64,000 bases of DNA from Octopus vulgaris. Its lineage: Eukaryota. The number at the start of each line of letters is the position of its first letter. Position 1 is the first letter of the stretch. The stretch is from the NCBI GenBank assembly GCA_951406725.2, contig OX597835.1:6076001-6140000 (forward strand), in the 5' to 3' direction. Position numbers and translations under genes: made by a program. Positions 1 through 14,035 of this stretch are shown here, piece by piece. The notes below the pieces were generated by a model. It was given only the letters and a program-made list of their open reading frames with translations, searched no databases and was not told the origin of the DNA.

Positions 1-417
1 GTGTTATTTTTAATTTTTGCGTAATTTAGACGACAATTTATTCTATATATATTGATTAGATTTACCATTGAGAAAAGAAAAAAATTTATTTGCTCATCAG
101 AATTTAAGACCATAAAAAAACATTAGATGAGCGTTATGAGACAAAAAAGACCGTAGATTGTATTTTCGAATACAAAAAAAATAATATAAATAAACAGAAT
201 GACTCCAGACCGTGTCAAATGGTTTAAACACTAACTCATAGAAAATAGGACAAATTCAACAACTTCAAATGGTTAAGTGTTACTCACAAAAAAATGCACA
301 CATACAAATAGACGTTGCGCATTATATATACAGATCGATAATAAATACAAGTAAATAATCTAGCGGGACAGAAAAGCGTGGATGTTCGTGTGTGTACGAG
401 TGTGTGTGTGTGTGTAC

Positions 418-493
<76 letters not shown>

Positions 494-773
494 TTTCTGT
501 GATGGCAGAAGAAATGAAAGAATGATGCCATGCTATGATCTGTTTTATGTCGATCTTTCAGCCTTCTGTTTGTATTAATGTGTATTGTTGTATGTGCCTG
601 AAGATGAATGAATGTGTTGACGTGTATTTGTGTGTGGTTGTGCCGTTCACTCTCTTTTCTCTCCTTTCCTCCTACTTCAAATGGTTAAGTGTTACGCACA
701 AAAAAACTTATAAATAACAAACACACGTAGCGTATTATATGCATATTGTCAAAAAATTATATAAGTTATATAA

Positions 774-1089
774 GGCGCAGGAGTGGCTGTGTGGTAAGTA
801 GCTTGCTAACCAACCACATGGTTCCGGGTTTAGTCCCACTGCGTGGCATCTTGGGCAAGTGTCTTCTGCTATAGCCCCGGGCCGACCAATGCCTTGTGAG
901 TGGATTTGGTAGACGGAAACTGAAAGAAGCCTGTCGTATATATGTATATATATATAAGTGTGTGTGTATATGTTTGTGTGTCTGTGTTTGTCCCCCTAGC
1001 ATTGCTTGACAACCGATGCTGGTGTGTTTACTTAGCGGTTCGGCAAAAGAGACCGATAGAATAAGTACTGGGCTTACAAAGAATAAGTC
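774..1089 (+). mobile_element. tRNA-derived SINE family A, 3' truncated
   Basis: Head GGCGCAGGAGTGGCTGTGTGGTAAG with A/B-box-like motifs and an internal (TA)/(TG) tract; near-identical to the copies at 5865 and 10140. Confidence 0.85.
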
Positions 1090-1265
1090 GGAGGGTTTAA
1101 GTCGATCACCGCAACCTCAGTGCTCGACTAGTACTTATTTTATCCACCCCGAAAGGGTCAAAGGTATAACTGACACCGCGGGGGGGATTTGAATTCAGAA
1201 TGTAAAGCCGGACGAAATGCTGTTTAGCATTTTGCTAGTGCAGTAACGATTCTGCCATCTTGTCG
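1090..1265 (-). mobile_element. SINE family B, old degenerate copy
   Basis: Diverged reverse complement of the family B core (cccgaaagg...atttgaattcagaa...gacgaaatgc...ttctgcca). Confidence 0.7.
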
Positions 1266-1466
1266 TTTTATAGGGGGCAAATATTGGCTGCTTTATTTTT
1301 ACAGTATACAATACGACATAGAAACATACTCACATGGCTAATCAAATCATTTATTCAACCTGGATCTTTGACTGCTAATTCTAGCACGACGAGCGGCCAC
1401 ATAGATGCTAGTCTATGCTCAATTCTATTTCCCATTCACCCGTTCTCCTCGAAGATTTGTCTTGTA

Positions 1467-1810
1467 AGGGGTAAGGGGTAAAGACCCCCTTCGGTCATGA
1501 ATGACCATGGGATTGCACCTAGAAAGTTACTCTCTGAGGCACAAGTCTGGGTAAGGTTGTTTATGGAAGACCAGCAGTCGCCCATGCATACCAGCCTCCC
1601 CTCTCCACGCCACCAGTGTTATCCAAGGGAAAGACAAAGGGGCCGATACAGCTTGGCACCAGTGACGTCGCAACTCATTTCTACAGCTGAGTGAACTGGA
1701 GCAACGTGAAAATAAAGTGCTTTGCTCAAGAACACAACACGCAGCGCGGTCCGGGATTCGAGCTCACAACCTCACGATCGTAAGTTCGACGCTCTAACCA
1801 CTGAGCCATG
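1467..1810 (-). mobile_element. tRNA-derived SINE family C with 22 bp TSD
   Basis: tRNA-like head on the minus strand (catggctcagtggttagagcgtcg...); flanked by the perfect direct repeat ctcctcgaagatttgtcttgta at 1445-1466 and 1811-1832. Confidence 0.85.
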
Positions 1811-2839
1811 CTCCTCGAAGATTTGTCTTGTACTCAGCCAAAGAATATGGCGGTGTTCTTTAAGACCGAAACCGAGACGAGTAATAAATACAACCGTGAC
1901 GTTTATATTCCTTTATCGTTGATAGTTTTTTAAGATAATTCCCAACAGAAATATTAGATTGTCGAAAGCAGCCATTGAAAACGTATCATAAATGTAGTCA
2001 TGTTTGTATTTTTGTTTCTTTGTTTCGGTTTTTTCTTTCTTCTTCTTATCATTTCATACTTGAGAAAGAAATAACAGAAATAACAATAACAGCAGAAGCA
2101 ACAACAACAACAGCAACAACAACAAAATGTAAGAAAGACATTTTGATCACTATATGAAATATAATAAAATATCTTAGCAACATATTTCTGATAAAAGCGT
2201 ATTTGCTCTCTCTCACTCTCTCTCTCTCACTCTCTTTCTCTCTCCCCTTTACACACATACACACACACGCACACACACGCACACACACACACATATATAT
2301 ATATACGTTCATATATAAGTATGTTTATATGCTTTATGTGTGTGTACGTGTGTATGCATGTCTATGTATGTATACTAATGCACTTGCGTGTGTATGTTGG
2401 CATGTATGCATACATATATGTGTGTGTGCATATATATATATGCATGTGTGCATGTATGCATACATATATGTGTGTGTGCATATATATATGTAGGTGTGCA
2501 TGTATGCATACATATATGTGTGTGTGCATATATATATGTATGTGTGCATGTATGCATACATATACATGTATGTATATCTGTGCGAAGGTATGCATGTATA
2601 TATGTATGTTTGTAATTATGTATTATGTACGTATGTATGTATGCATACATACTTGTATATATATGCATGTATGTATCTAAGCATTCAAGTATGTATGCAT
2701 GCATGCGTGTATGCATATACGCATGTATGTATACATACGCTAACACGCTACCCTAAAAGTAGAGTGTTTGTCAATGACGTGTGTTATAAATTGTTGTTAA
2801 TTGTTTACAAAATACTTAGAAGTATTCTACCGGGGCTTT

Positions 2840-3142
2840 AGGTTCTGGTTTCGAAATCTGCTGATGTCGAATTTGCCTTTCATTATTTCGGGTTGAACAC
2901 AAAGATCCACCACCACCACCACCACTACTCATGTACACAAACACGTACGTACGTAGAGCCTTACATACACACGCACAGACTCCCTCTCTCTCTCTCTCTC
3001 TCCCTCTCTCTCTCTCTCATACGCTCTCTAATCGACCAAGTGACGAACCGAGTAAAATATGTCTCAGTTGAACACTAAGATCGATATTAAAGACTTAACC
3101 CTCCCTTAAAATTGCTGGCCTCGTGCCAAAATTTGAAACCAT
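2840..3142 (+). mobile_element. old SINE family B copy interrupted by a composite insertion
   Basis: Core gtcgaatttgcctttcattatttcggg before 2892; continuation aaaatatgtctcagttg...ggcctcgtgccaaaatttgaaacc after 3055. Confidence 0.6.
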
Positions 3143-3719
3143 AATGTATAGCACGTCCTTGGGAATAAGTAAGAGTAGAGAACAAAGTACAGAGAGAGGA
3201 AAAGGAAGAAGGATTGGAGGACACAGCAGAGAGAAAGGGACAGAAAGAAATCTTTGATTCTTTCTGTTTCTTCGCCTAATCCCTAAATTGCTCTTTCATT
3301 ACTGAAATTGGCGGATACTGAGTCAATGACCATGGACTTAGGACGAGAGATCTTGGATCTCTGAAAGTGACGTTGCTGAAAGTGACTTCCAAAGATAACC
3401 CGAACCATTGTTGAGTAAGAGTTTCTTTGGTAACTGCAGCAAAATCAGAACAGAGTAAGTCGTAAGTATTGTTTATTAGCGCCACCTCGCGGTCAGCCTA
3501 GAGTGAAAGGACGCTGCCGTTTTGATCAGAAGCAGGCCTGGTAAGTGTTTTGTGTCATAATTTTGGACAATAGAAACAATAATGCTTACATATAATATAG
3601 ATCATATATCAACAATATAGATTATAGATTAATATAGATTATAGATTAATATAGATTATATCTTATCAGGAGAATGAGGACAGGACAAGTGTTTAACTCA
3701 AAGCGAAGCTGAACAAGCC

Positions 3720-4137
3720 TGTACGTACCAGACTCTTAAAAAGCACGGTCCTACGAGCGATCTTATAAGCAAGTATGACGTGGATTACTACGAAGAGAAA
3801 AGAACATTGATCAAATTATGATACAAAGGGTCATGGAAAGACCTATGCTAGGAATATCATTATGAGACCCCATTGGAAATGAGGTCATTCGAGAACAATG
3901 GAATGAACGACATGAGCGCAGATGACCGGAAGCACAAATTCCACTGAGGTGAACAGGTCGCGAGATTCACAGCCAACAAGAGATCGGAAAAAAACCCCAC
4001 TCGGAATGCCTTCATGGCGATTTCGTTAAACTATTTGGGCTCAGATGAAAAAAAAGAAGGGTGCAGTCGAGAAAGAATTGGAAACGCATTGTGACCAGCG
4101 GTGTATAACAGCTTCTGATTACTGGTCTGTACAGTAA
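3720..4137 (+). mobile_element. decayed RTE-type LINE, RT C-terminal region and 3' end
   Basis: Broken frames read QRVMERPMLGISL*DPIGNEVIRE and KFH*GEQVARF, resembling the RTE pattern QRAMERxMLGISLRD...RWAGHVAR. Confidence 0.55.
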
Positions 4138-4150
4138 TACAGTGATTTAC

Positions 4151-4537
4151 TGGAGGCGCAATGGCCCAGTGGTTAGGGCAGCGGACTCGCGGTCGTAGGA
4201 TCGCGGTTTCGATTCCCAGACCGGGCGTTGTGAGCGTTTATTGAGCGAAAACACCTAAAAGCTCCACGGGGTTCCGGCAGGGGATGGTGGTGATCCCTGC
4301 TGTACTCTTTCGCCACAACTTTCTCTCACTCTTTCTTCCTGTTTCTGTTGTACCTGTATTTCAAAGGGCCGGCCTTGTCACTCTCTGTGTCACGCTGAAT
4401 ATCCCCGAGAACTACGTTAAAGGTACACGTGTCTGTGGAGTGCTCAGCCACTTACACGTTAATTTCACGAGCAGGCTGTTCCGTTGGTCGGATCAACCGG
4501 AACCCTCATCGTCGTAACCGACGGAGTGCTTCCACAC
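4151..4537 (+). mobile_element. tRNA-derived SINE family D, full length with TSD
   Basis: Head GGCGCAATGGCCCAGTGGTTAGGGCAGCGGACTCG...GGTTTCGATTCCC; TSD acagtgattta at 4139-4149 and 4538-4548; second full copy at 45128. Confidence 0.88.
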
Positions 4538-5196
4538 ACAGTGATTTATTAACAATATAGATTACTTATTAAAAATATTGATAATATCTTAACAATATAG
4601 TTTATAAATCAATATTGATAATGTATTTACAAACAATATTAATAATATATTAACCATATAAACATAGCGAGCTGTAGTTTGTATTTTGTTTGTTTTCATT
4701 TGTTAGTTTACAATTGATATTTCCCGATGTTTGAAATGAAAGAATATGGCTGCTTCAAGATGGGTTGGTGGGGGGCAGATTTTGTTGGGTGTTGATACGT
4801 CGGCTTAATTTTTAGGCCCCGTTTAATAGCCTATAATGGAAGAAGTATAAATAATAACTTTAAATATTTTATCCAATGAAGTGTTTATTTGACTCTTCTG
4901 AAAGTGTGTCTTTTGATTAAATAGGTTTTGTTAATATTTGAGCAAGAATTGCATGCGACCGGCCGGAGGACTGACCGGCTTGCTGATTGGTTGGTTGGTT
5001 GGCTCGCTGGTTGGTTGGCTAGTTGGTTAGATGGTTGGTTAGTTACTCGGTTGGTCACTCGGTCGATTGGAGAGCGTATGAGAGAGAGAGAGGGAGAGAG
5101 AGAGAGAGGGGGAGTCTGTGCGTGTGTATGTAAGGCTCTACGTACGTACGTGTTTGTGTACATGAGTATGAAATCGATATCAAACACAAGGGAAAC

Positions 5197-5199
<3 letters not shown>

Positions 5200-5266
<67 letters not shown>

Positions 5267-5529
5267 GGTGGTGGTGGTGGTGGTAGTTGTAGTAGTAGTA
5301 GTAGTAGTAGTAGTGTTGTTGGTGGTGGTGTTGGTGGTGGTGTTGGTGGTGGTGGTGGTGGTGATGGTGGTAGTGGTAGTTGTAGTAGTAGTAGTGGTGG
5401 TGTTGGTGGTGGTGGTGCTGGTGGTAGTTGTAGTAGTAGTAGTGGTTGTGATGGTGGTGGTGGTTGTAGTAGTAGTAGTAGTGGTGGTGGTGGTGGCGGT
5501 AGTAGTAGTAGTTGTAGTAGTTGTAGTAG
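5200..5529. repeat. (AGT)n/(GGT)n compound microsatellite
   Basis: Read directly; source of the poly-S/G/V/T ORFs. Confidence 0.95.
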
Positions 5530-5864
5530 CCATTCTGACTCCATTGAACATATTTTTTTTCTGTTATAAGAAATTAATTTCAGATATTGGTTTCGCCCTT
5601 GTCCCTCTGTGTACGTCTGTACATAACAAGTGGGTAGATTCTTTATGTATACACATGCATATACATACATGTGAGTGTGTAAATGGATGAAAGTATATAT
5701 ACGTATGTAAATATCTATCTCTATATCTACTTAGCTATGAGTATATGTATGTGCGCGTGCGTGTGTCTATACACACGAGAGAGTGGACAAACGAAAAAGA
5801 AGCGCTCAACACATTTGGTATACATATACATATATATACATATATGTACCTCTCTCTCTTTATA

Positions 5865-6328
<464 letters not shown>

Positions 6329-6329
6329 A

Positions 6330-6675
6330 TATATATATATATTATAAAATCCGTTCTGTTTGTCTGTGTGTCTTCTAGGATCTCGGGCATCCTCCATCCG
6401 ATTGCGCTCAAATTTGATATGTAGATACCGACGGTATCAGGGCGTGTATAAGTCCTGAAAAAATTACAAAAATCGATTCCAGGTGAGAATGCGATCGATA
6501 AAGCCGTGGGAACGTGCATTTGTACGCGCAAGTACATCAGCCGTTGCGATCGATATTACGCGTTCGCGAGAAAAATGCACGTGCAGTTTGCGCAAAAAAA
6601 GCCGACAGGCTTGAAATAATGTCACAAAATGCAGTATATTCAAAACGGTTAAACCATGTTTGTGTTCTCCCAGTC

Positions 6676-6713
<38 letters not shown>

Positions 6714-6960
6714 CGGACTCTCCCGTCGAAGACAACGTAGGTACGTGCAGCTTTTGCCGAACGACCTATACAAACGATTTGTTTATAGTGATCAAATGTT
6801 CGTACCGAACACTAGCTCACACTGTCCATCAAATCGACGTTGTCTTCACAAGTGCACCGTGTGCCACGCATCAGGTGCCGAATGGAACGCAGAGCAACGT
6901 GAGGTGTTTTGCTCAACAACAGAACGCACTACCCGGTCTGTGGGAGGGGGAGGGCGTCGT
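6330..6960 (+). mobile_element. probable non-autonomous Helitron 5' portion
   Basis: tatatattataaaatccgttctgtttgtctgtgtgtc...ccgattgcgctcaaatttg resembles invertebrate Helitron 5' ends; CpG-rich body; no CTAG 3' end found, so the right boundary is uncertain. Confidence 0.4.
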
Positions 6961-7107
6961 GTGAGTGTGCGTGCGTGTGTGTATCATTTATTATATGTAT
7001 GTAATATGTATGTATATTTATGTACAAGAAAGAATAACCAGTGAAAAATAATATGCTATACACAATGAAGTGTAAATATAAATACACGTGTCTGTAGGTG
7101 CAGATAT

Positions 7108-7166
<59 letters not shown>

Positions 7167-7479
7167 CATATATATGTAATTATGTTTATAATTATAGAAT
7201 ATTTGTACACACACACACACACAGACGACGGCTGTATATGCAATAGTATATAATATGATTAAAATACGTGTTCTGTAGTCACTGTTAAAGGTTATTTGGT
7301 GCAACTATCTTGGTTTTACCATTCTTTTGTTCCTTTGTTTCGCAGCAATTCTCGAGGAATTTATTGTGGCTTTGTTTGATGCTTTGTTTGGCGCTAGATG
7401 AAAAATTACACACACCTACACACACACACACACACACTCACATATGCACATACAAAGATACACATATATATATATATGC

Positions 7480-7525
<46 letters not shown>

Positions 7526-7529
7526 TCGT

Positions 7530-7581
7530 ATGTATGTATGTATGTATGTATGTATGTATGTATATGTATATATAAATATAC

Positions 7582-7632
<51 letters not shown>

Positions 7633-7637
7633 CATGC

Positions 7638-7684
<47 letters not shown>

Positions 7685-7738
7685 TACATACATACATAAG
7701 GACATACATACATATGGATCTATATATACATATCGATT

Positions 7739-7787
<49 letters not shown>

Positions 7788-7809
7788 ATGTATATATAAA
7801 TATATATAC

Positions 7810-7840
<31 letters not shown>

Positions 7841-7853
7841 CATGCATATATAC

Positions 7854-7893
<40 letters not shown>

Positions 7894-7946
7894 ACATACA
7901 TACATAAGGACATACATACATATGGATCTATATATACATATCGATT

Positions 7947-7975
<29 letters not shown>
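7530..7975. repeat. tandem duplication of a roughly 220 bp compound microsatellite block
   Basis: The marker cataaggacatacatacatatggatctatatatacatatcgattta occurs at about 7695 and about 7903. Confidence 0.85.
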
Positions 7976-7994
<19 letters not shown>

Positions 7995-8072
7995 AATACA
8001 CATAAACGTAGCACCTGTATATTTGCTCCTATACACTTGTTGTATATGTATAGGTATATTTATGCTTAGTGT

Positions 8073-8111
<39 letters not shown>

Positions 8112-8354
8112 TGGGGGGACCCAATTACAAATATCGAACACCTGCAAAATTATTTACTTCTCAAACAAAAGACTTCACAGAATAATTGTTGTTCTGCCGT
8201 TATTTTTCCTTTTATTCCAAACATGTTTGCTTTTTCCTCTCATGTTTCGGTTTCCGTATTTCGATTCTTCTTAAGATTTCTTGACTTATTTATTTTTTTT
8301 TTTTTTTTGGTTCCAAGAATTATAATTAGCATTTTACTCGCTATTGCTGCTTTT

Positions 8355-8657
8355 GTTGTTGTTGTTCTTTTGGTTGTTATTGGTGGTGGTGGTGGTGGTG
8401 CTGGTGCTGTTGGTGGCGGCGGCGGCGGTGGTGATGGTGGTGGTGGTGGTGGTACTGGTGGTGGTGGTGGTGGTGGTAGTGGTGGTGGTACTGGTGGTGG
8501 TGGTGGTGGTGGTGGTGGTGGTAGTGGTGGCGGCGGCGGTGGTGATGGTGGTACTTGTGGTGGTGGTGGTGGTGGTGGTGGTGGTGGTGGTAGTGGTGGT
8601 GGTGCTGGTGGTGGTGATGGTGGTTGTGGTGGTGGGGGTGTGGTGGGGTGGGTGGTA
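8355..8657. repeat. (GGT)n low-complexity tract
   Basis: Read directly. Confidence 0.95.
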
Positions 8658-9260
8658 TTAATGCGCTTTTTTTTTTCTTAGCCTTGTTGATGAGATTTCT
8701 GATCGAGTTATCTAATAGAATAAATCGTTCCTGCCGTGACCGTAGCATTTATGCTTTAAGTCAATGTCTATTCAAATTCATTATTTGTTACGACCTTTAA
8801 TTTCAAGCAGCAAAGTTAAATTTTAAACAGATTTCATTGCTATTTCTAGTATTTATAGCTAGCACACAATACCCCCATCATATTTTTACAATTGATTTAG
8901 CCAAACTCAGAGCAGTACTCGAAGGTACTCCTGTGTGCTCACAACTATCTCCTTATTTCTAGGTTTTTTTTCAGCTGATAATTGACAAGTTCTTTGCCAG
9001 AGGTCCATGTTCCTTCTCTTGTCTGACCCACAGAGGCGGGTGATTCTTCTTCTTAGACGACTGTTTTTAAGGGTCTATATACCTCCCTTATTTTGTGTGA
9101 GTACAATACGCATACATACGAATCCATTCATTTGTAAAAGTATACATTTTTTTCATTGGTTGTCCTGTATTTTTAAGAAGCTTATAATTATTCCATGACA
9201 ACAATACTCCACTCAGTAGCATGGTTTGTACAACAGATGGTACCCCCGCTTTTAATAAAA

Positions 9261-9483
9261 GGCGGCGAGCTGGCAGAAACGTTAGCACGTCGGGTGAAAT
9301 GCTTTGCGGCATTTCGTCTGCCGCTACGTTCTGTGTTCAAATTCCGCCGAGGTCGACTTTGCCTTTCATCGTTTCGGGGTCGACTAAATAAAGTACCAGT
9401 TACGCACTGGAGTCGATATAATCGACTTAATCCGTTTGTCTGTCCTTGTTTGCCCCCTCTGTGTGTAGCCCCTTGTGGGCAGA
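9261..9483 (+). mobile_element. tRNA-derived SINE family B, near full length
   Basis: GGCGGCGAGCTGGCAGAAACGTTAGC head and gtcgactttgcctttcat core; flanking duplication agatggtaccccc at 9235-9247 and 9484-9496. Confidence 0.88.
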
Positions 9484-9539
9484 AGATGGTACCCCCTCTG
9501 TTGTGGGTAGTTAAAAGGTACAGTCTGGCTATTTATAAA

Positions 9540-9820
9540 ACGTTGAAACGAATGTTTTTTTGCATATACGGTGTAGTCTATCGACTACATTTGTTTACAG
9601 ACAAAATGGACGGACACCTGCATGATGTCCTTCCCATTTTAATAAAAGCTGTCAATATTAGCAAATAAAATATGCTGCAAGACCGTCTGTTAACGGAACT
9701 TCGTAACAACAATTACGAAAAGTTAGAATGCTTACTTATGCAAACAGATTTGGGATGGCTATCAAAAGATAATTGCTTTTGTCGTCTTTAGATCGGATTT
9801 TGTGTCATTTCTTACTAGTA
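9540..9820 (+). mobile_element. hAT (Buster/Charlie-like) transposase remnant
   Basis: Broken frames give MDGHLHDVLPILIKAVNISK*NMLQDRL and GWLSKDNCFCRL, resembling the hAT VNxIK...RLF...RWLSKG region. Confidence 0.55.
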
Positions 9821-10139
9821 AACAGCTTGGTGAACGGCTGGGTGCTGCTGCTACTGCTGTTGCTGTTACTGCTGCCAGCTGTTACATAGTTTATCTGTCA
9901 GACTATTTCAGATGCTCAATTTGCTGAACAAACTACCAATGTTTATCTTAGATCTTGCAAAGTGTCTATTACTGCTTTCATTATAAAACTCAAGCTACGA
10001 CACATAACATCGTGAGATGATGTAGCTTTTCACTTTGCTTACTGTTAACTATAGCGTGTAAGATGATATTGTTTTCCTGTCTATGTTAAGAATTTGAAGC
10101 ATTTATTCTGTTAATTATTTATTCTATAAAGCATTTATA

Positions 10140-10535
10140 GGCGCAGGAGTGGCTGTGTGGTAAGTAGCTTGCTTACCAACCACATGGTTCCGGGTTCAGT
10201 CCCACTGCGTGGCATCTTGGGCAAGTGTCTTCTGCTATAGCCCCGGGCCGACCAATGCCTTGTGAGTGGATTTGGGAGACGGAAACTGAAAGAAGCCTGT
10301 CGTATATATGTATATATATATATTATAAGTGTGCGTGTGTGTGTTTGTGTGTCTGTGTTTGTCCCCCTAGCATTGCTTGACAACCGATGCTGGTGTGTTT
10401 ACGTCCCCGTCACTTAGCGGTTCGGCAAAAGAGTACCGATAGAATAAGTACTGGGCTTACAAAGAATAAGTCCCGGGGTCGATTTGCTCGATTAAAGGCG
10501 GTGCTCCAGTAAAAGAGTAAAAGAGTAAAAGAGTA
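10140..10535 (+). mobile_element. SINE family A with a short 3' internal deletion
   Basis: Matches other A copies; jumps from gtgctccag directly to the tail repeat. Confidence 0.88.
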
Positions 10536-11926
10536 TTCATACAAAGATGTGGAAGTACAGTGCAGCGGCTTAGAAGAGATGAGCTTGCCAGGGATGGGCA
10601 GTAGATCTACTTGGAACAAGTGCAACAGTTGATAACGTCAAGCTGTAGGATCACTTCACAGATTTGCGGAGTGACAAGAAAGCAATTCCAATTAGATAGT
10701 CAAATATAATTGATAGAAAATTAGTGAAATTGCGAAGACTTTCCCACTTCCCTAGAAGACAATAGATTTGTATTGTATGCCAAATCTCATTGCTGCTAAT
10801 TATCCTCTGAATTTTAATCTACCGCTTTAAATAATCAAAATCCATACTGGATAATGAAAATTTAAATATTACTAGAAGGCGTGGTGGTCATGAATGGGAC
10901 GCCTTTCATCCTTGATCTGCTACATGTGAAATTATTTGGCATGAAAGAACATCAAACATAATAATACGACGTAAAAATGACGGAGCTTCCCTGTGCTTGT
11001 TTGATGTGCTAGAAATAACAGCCACATTTCTGTCCATGCCAGATAGATAAGCATCTCGACTTATTTATTGCTAATATGTATAGCCTGATTCGCAAAGGTG
11101 GATACATCCTAATGTCGAGTAACAAGAATTTTGAAGTTTCTAGAAAAACCCTCCGTGGATGAGAGAAAAATGTTTTTAAGGTAACACTGAATAATTATAG
11201 GAGGAGGAGGAGGGGCAGCAGCACTACTGTCTTTGAACAATGGTAATATTCTAGTTTAACATGAGATTAGATGGAAAGAAAATCTTGGATTTGTTCGAAT
11301 AGAAAAAAAAAAATAACCAGAGCTCCACAGCAATGGGATGAAAAAAGAACATCAGACGCAAAACAAACGTTACTCAACTAAAACTAGGAAACGTGGAGAT
11401 GTTCTTTACACGACGTTGATGGCAAAAATGTGTTGAAGTCTATTGCAGTATATTGCTGTTTCTATTAGAGAATGGCATCAATTTAAAGACATCAAACGCT
11501 AAGGAGGAGAGATGAAAGCCATTTTGGCATCTCTGGATTATTGATTTCACATAAAAGAAGAAATGTTTTCAGGCATTGTGTGTGTGACTGGTGAATGAGC
11601 ATTGAGCTTGAAAAATAAATGGCACCGAACTGTTGTTGGCGCTATTGTTTGCTGTAGTAGTTGTTGTTGTTGTGGTTGTGGTTGTTGTTGTTGTTGTTGT
11701 TGTGGTAATTGGTGTGTCAGTGTTTGTTGTTGTTGCTTTTGTTGGTGTTGTTTGAAGATTGTTTGGTAGTAAGGAGGTGTTACTCTGCTTCGTTTGTATT
11801 CCTCTGTTGTTTAGTTCGGGACGAAAGGTCAAGACATGACTGAGAGACTGTCAAACAGAAAGGGGTCAGGGAAAGAAGGGCTACGTTGATAACATTAAGC
11901 AGAATATAACTTGAAACGGCGCCAGG

Positions 11927-11970
<44 letters not shown>

Positions 11971-12071
11971 TATAGAGAACGGAAACACACACACACATAT
12001 ATGCATGTGTCTATATATATATATAAATATATATGTATGTATACATGTATATATAAACATGTGTGCGTGTA

Positions 12072-12122
<51 letters not shown>

Positions 12123-12153
12123 TTATATATACATATATATGTATATATATATG

Positions 12154-12184
<31 letters not shown>

Positions 12185-12185
12185 G

Positions 12186-12218
<33 letters not shown>

Positions 12219-12326
12219 CTGTGTAGTTTTTTAACCTCCTGAGCCATGGAAACACACTTATAGATACATACATACATACATACATACATACATACATACA
12301 TACATACATACATACATACATTGATG

Positions 12327-12403
<77 letters not shown>

Positions 12404-12409
12404 AGAGAA

Positions 12410-12616
12410 GCTCTGTGAGTGGATTTGATAGAAGGAAACGTATATATATTTTTTTCATTTCCTTGTCACCCCACCGTCGCTTGACAACTGATGTTGGTGT
12501 GTTTACCTCTCCATAACTAAGCAGTTCGCTAAAAGAGACCAATAGAATAAGTCCTGGGGTCGATTTGCTCGATTAAAGTCGGTACTCCAGCATGGTCTCA
12601 GTCAAAGAGTAAAAGA

Positions 12617-12618
<2 letters not shown>
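12410..12618 (+). mobile_element. SINE family A, 5' truncated and degenerate
   Basis: tgtgagtggatttgatag...gcttgacaactgatgttggtgtg...ctccagcatgg followed by the tail. Confidence 0.75.
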
Positions 12619-12693
<75 letters not shown>

Positions 12694-12705
12694 TGCATAT
12701 ATACT

Positions 12706-12737
<32 letters not shown>

Positions 12738-13764
12738 TGTATGTATGTATGTATGTATGTATGTATGTATGTATAAAAGTAAACGAAAGTGTATAGTTAC
12801 ATACATTAAACAAGAAGCGATGAGAAAGTGCGTATATTTTGTTATAGATCCCAAATACCCCAAGGGATGAGAGAACTTAATACATTTAAAGACTCGGCCC
12901 TATAGTATGACTGGTAGTTTCAGCTCGAGCAAGAAATCTCGGACCACTGGAATACTTGTGAATTGGGATTTAGAAGTGCAATGCGCGCGCGCGCGTGTGT
13001 GTGTGCTATTATGATGTGGAAGGTGATATTTTCAGTTATATTTGTTTTCAATTGGGAGGCAATGATTTTCTGCGGGTCAGTTTGAGGACCCGCTTTTCAT
13101 TGGGCAGGTCAATGAAATTTGTTAAAAATAATTGTCTCTTTTGTATATAAGAGACAAAACAATCAGGTTTAATTAGTCTCTCGGTGGTGTTGTGTATGAA
13201 TGAGTGAGGTGGTGTGACGATTTATCAGAGGCTCATTAGTATAGGCAGTTTCTTTATTTATAAAAATTACATTAAAAAAAATGGGTTTCGTAGTCTATTA
13301 AGAAAGGAATAATTAATTAGTAATGAAACAATTGAAATGTTCATTAGTGAGATTCTATGCTTACACGCAAATTAATTTGTTGATAGAATATGTAGTGTAG
13401 AGTGTTGGAAGACGAGACTGGGAATCGATGTTGGCAGCGCATATTACGGGCAGCAGGTGCTCAAATGTACAGATATATATGGGAGGGGGTGCGGTATGAG
13501 TGTGTGTCTTTACATATGTATGCGTTCACACGCTTATTAATAATTTTATACGCAATACGCAGATCTACAGAAACATATTCTTACGCATTTAATTGGATTT
13601 ATCATTAAATTAGAAATTAAACGGAATTCTCTCACACACACACACACACATACACACACACATACACAGCGTAATGGCGGAAAACACAAGTCGCGGAAAA
13701 GAACTCTCAGGTTGTTTTAATGAAAGAAAGCCATATATATATATATATGTATGTATATATATAT

Positions 13765-13853
<89 letters not shown>

Positions 13854-13984
13854 TGTATATGTATATAAATATATATATGTATATTATATATATATATTAT
13901 ATATACATGTATATTATATATATATAGATGTATATATATGTGTGTGTGTGCATGTATGTATATGTATATAAATACATATATATT

Positions 13985-14035
<51 letters not shown>

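Noticed and set aside
3430-3546. Possible exon ending at a GTAAGT donor (3541)
   Set aside because: No convincing acceptor, frame or homology visible.
4152-4225. Possible tRNA gene
   Set aside because: It is the head of SINE D: it continues into the SINE body, has a TSD and lacks a proper acceptor stem and terminator.
4885-5690. Long ORFs rich in P/L, S/G, T or V
   Set aside because: Translations of (AGT)n/(GGT)n microsatellite, open in several frames on both strands; no splice or domain evidence.
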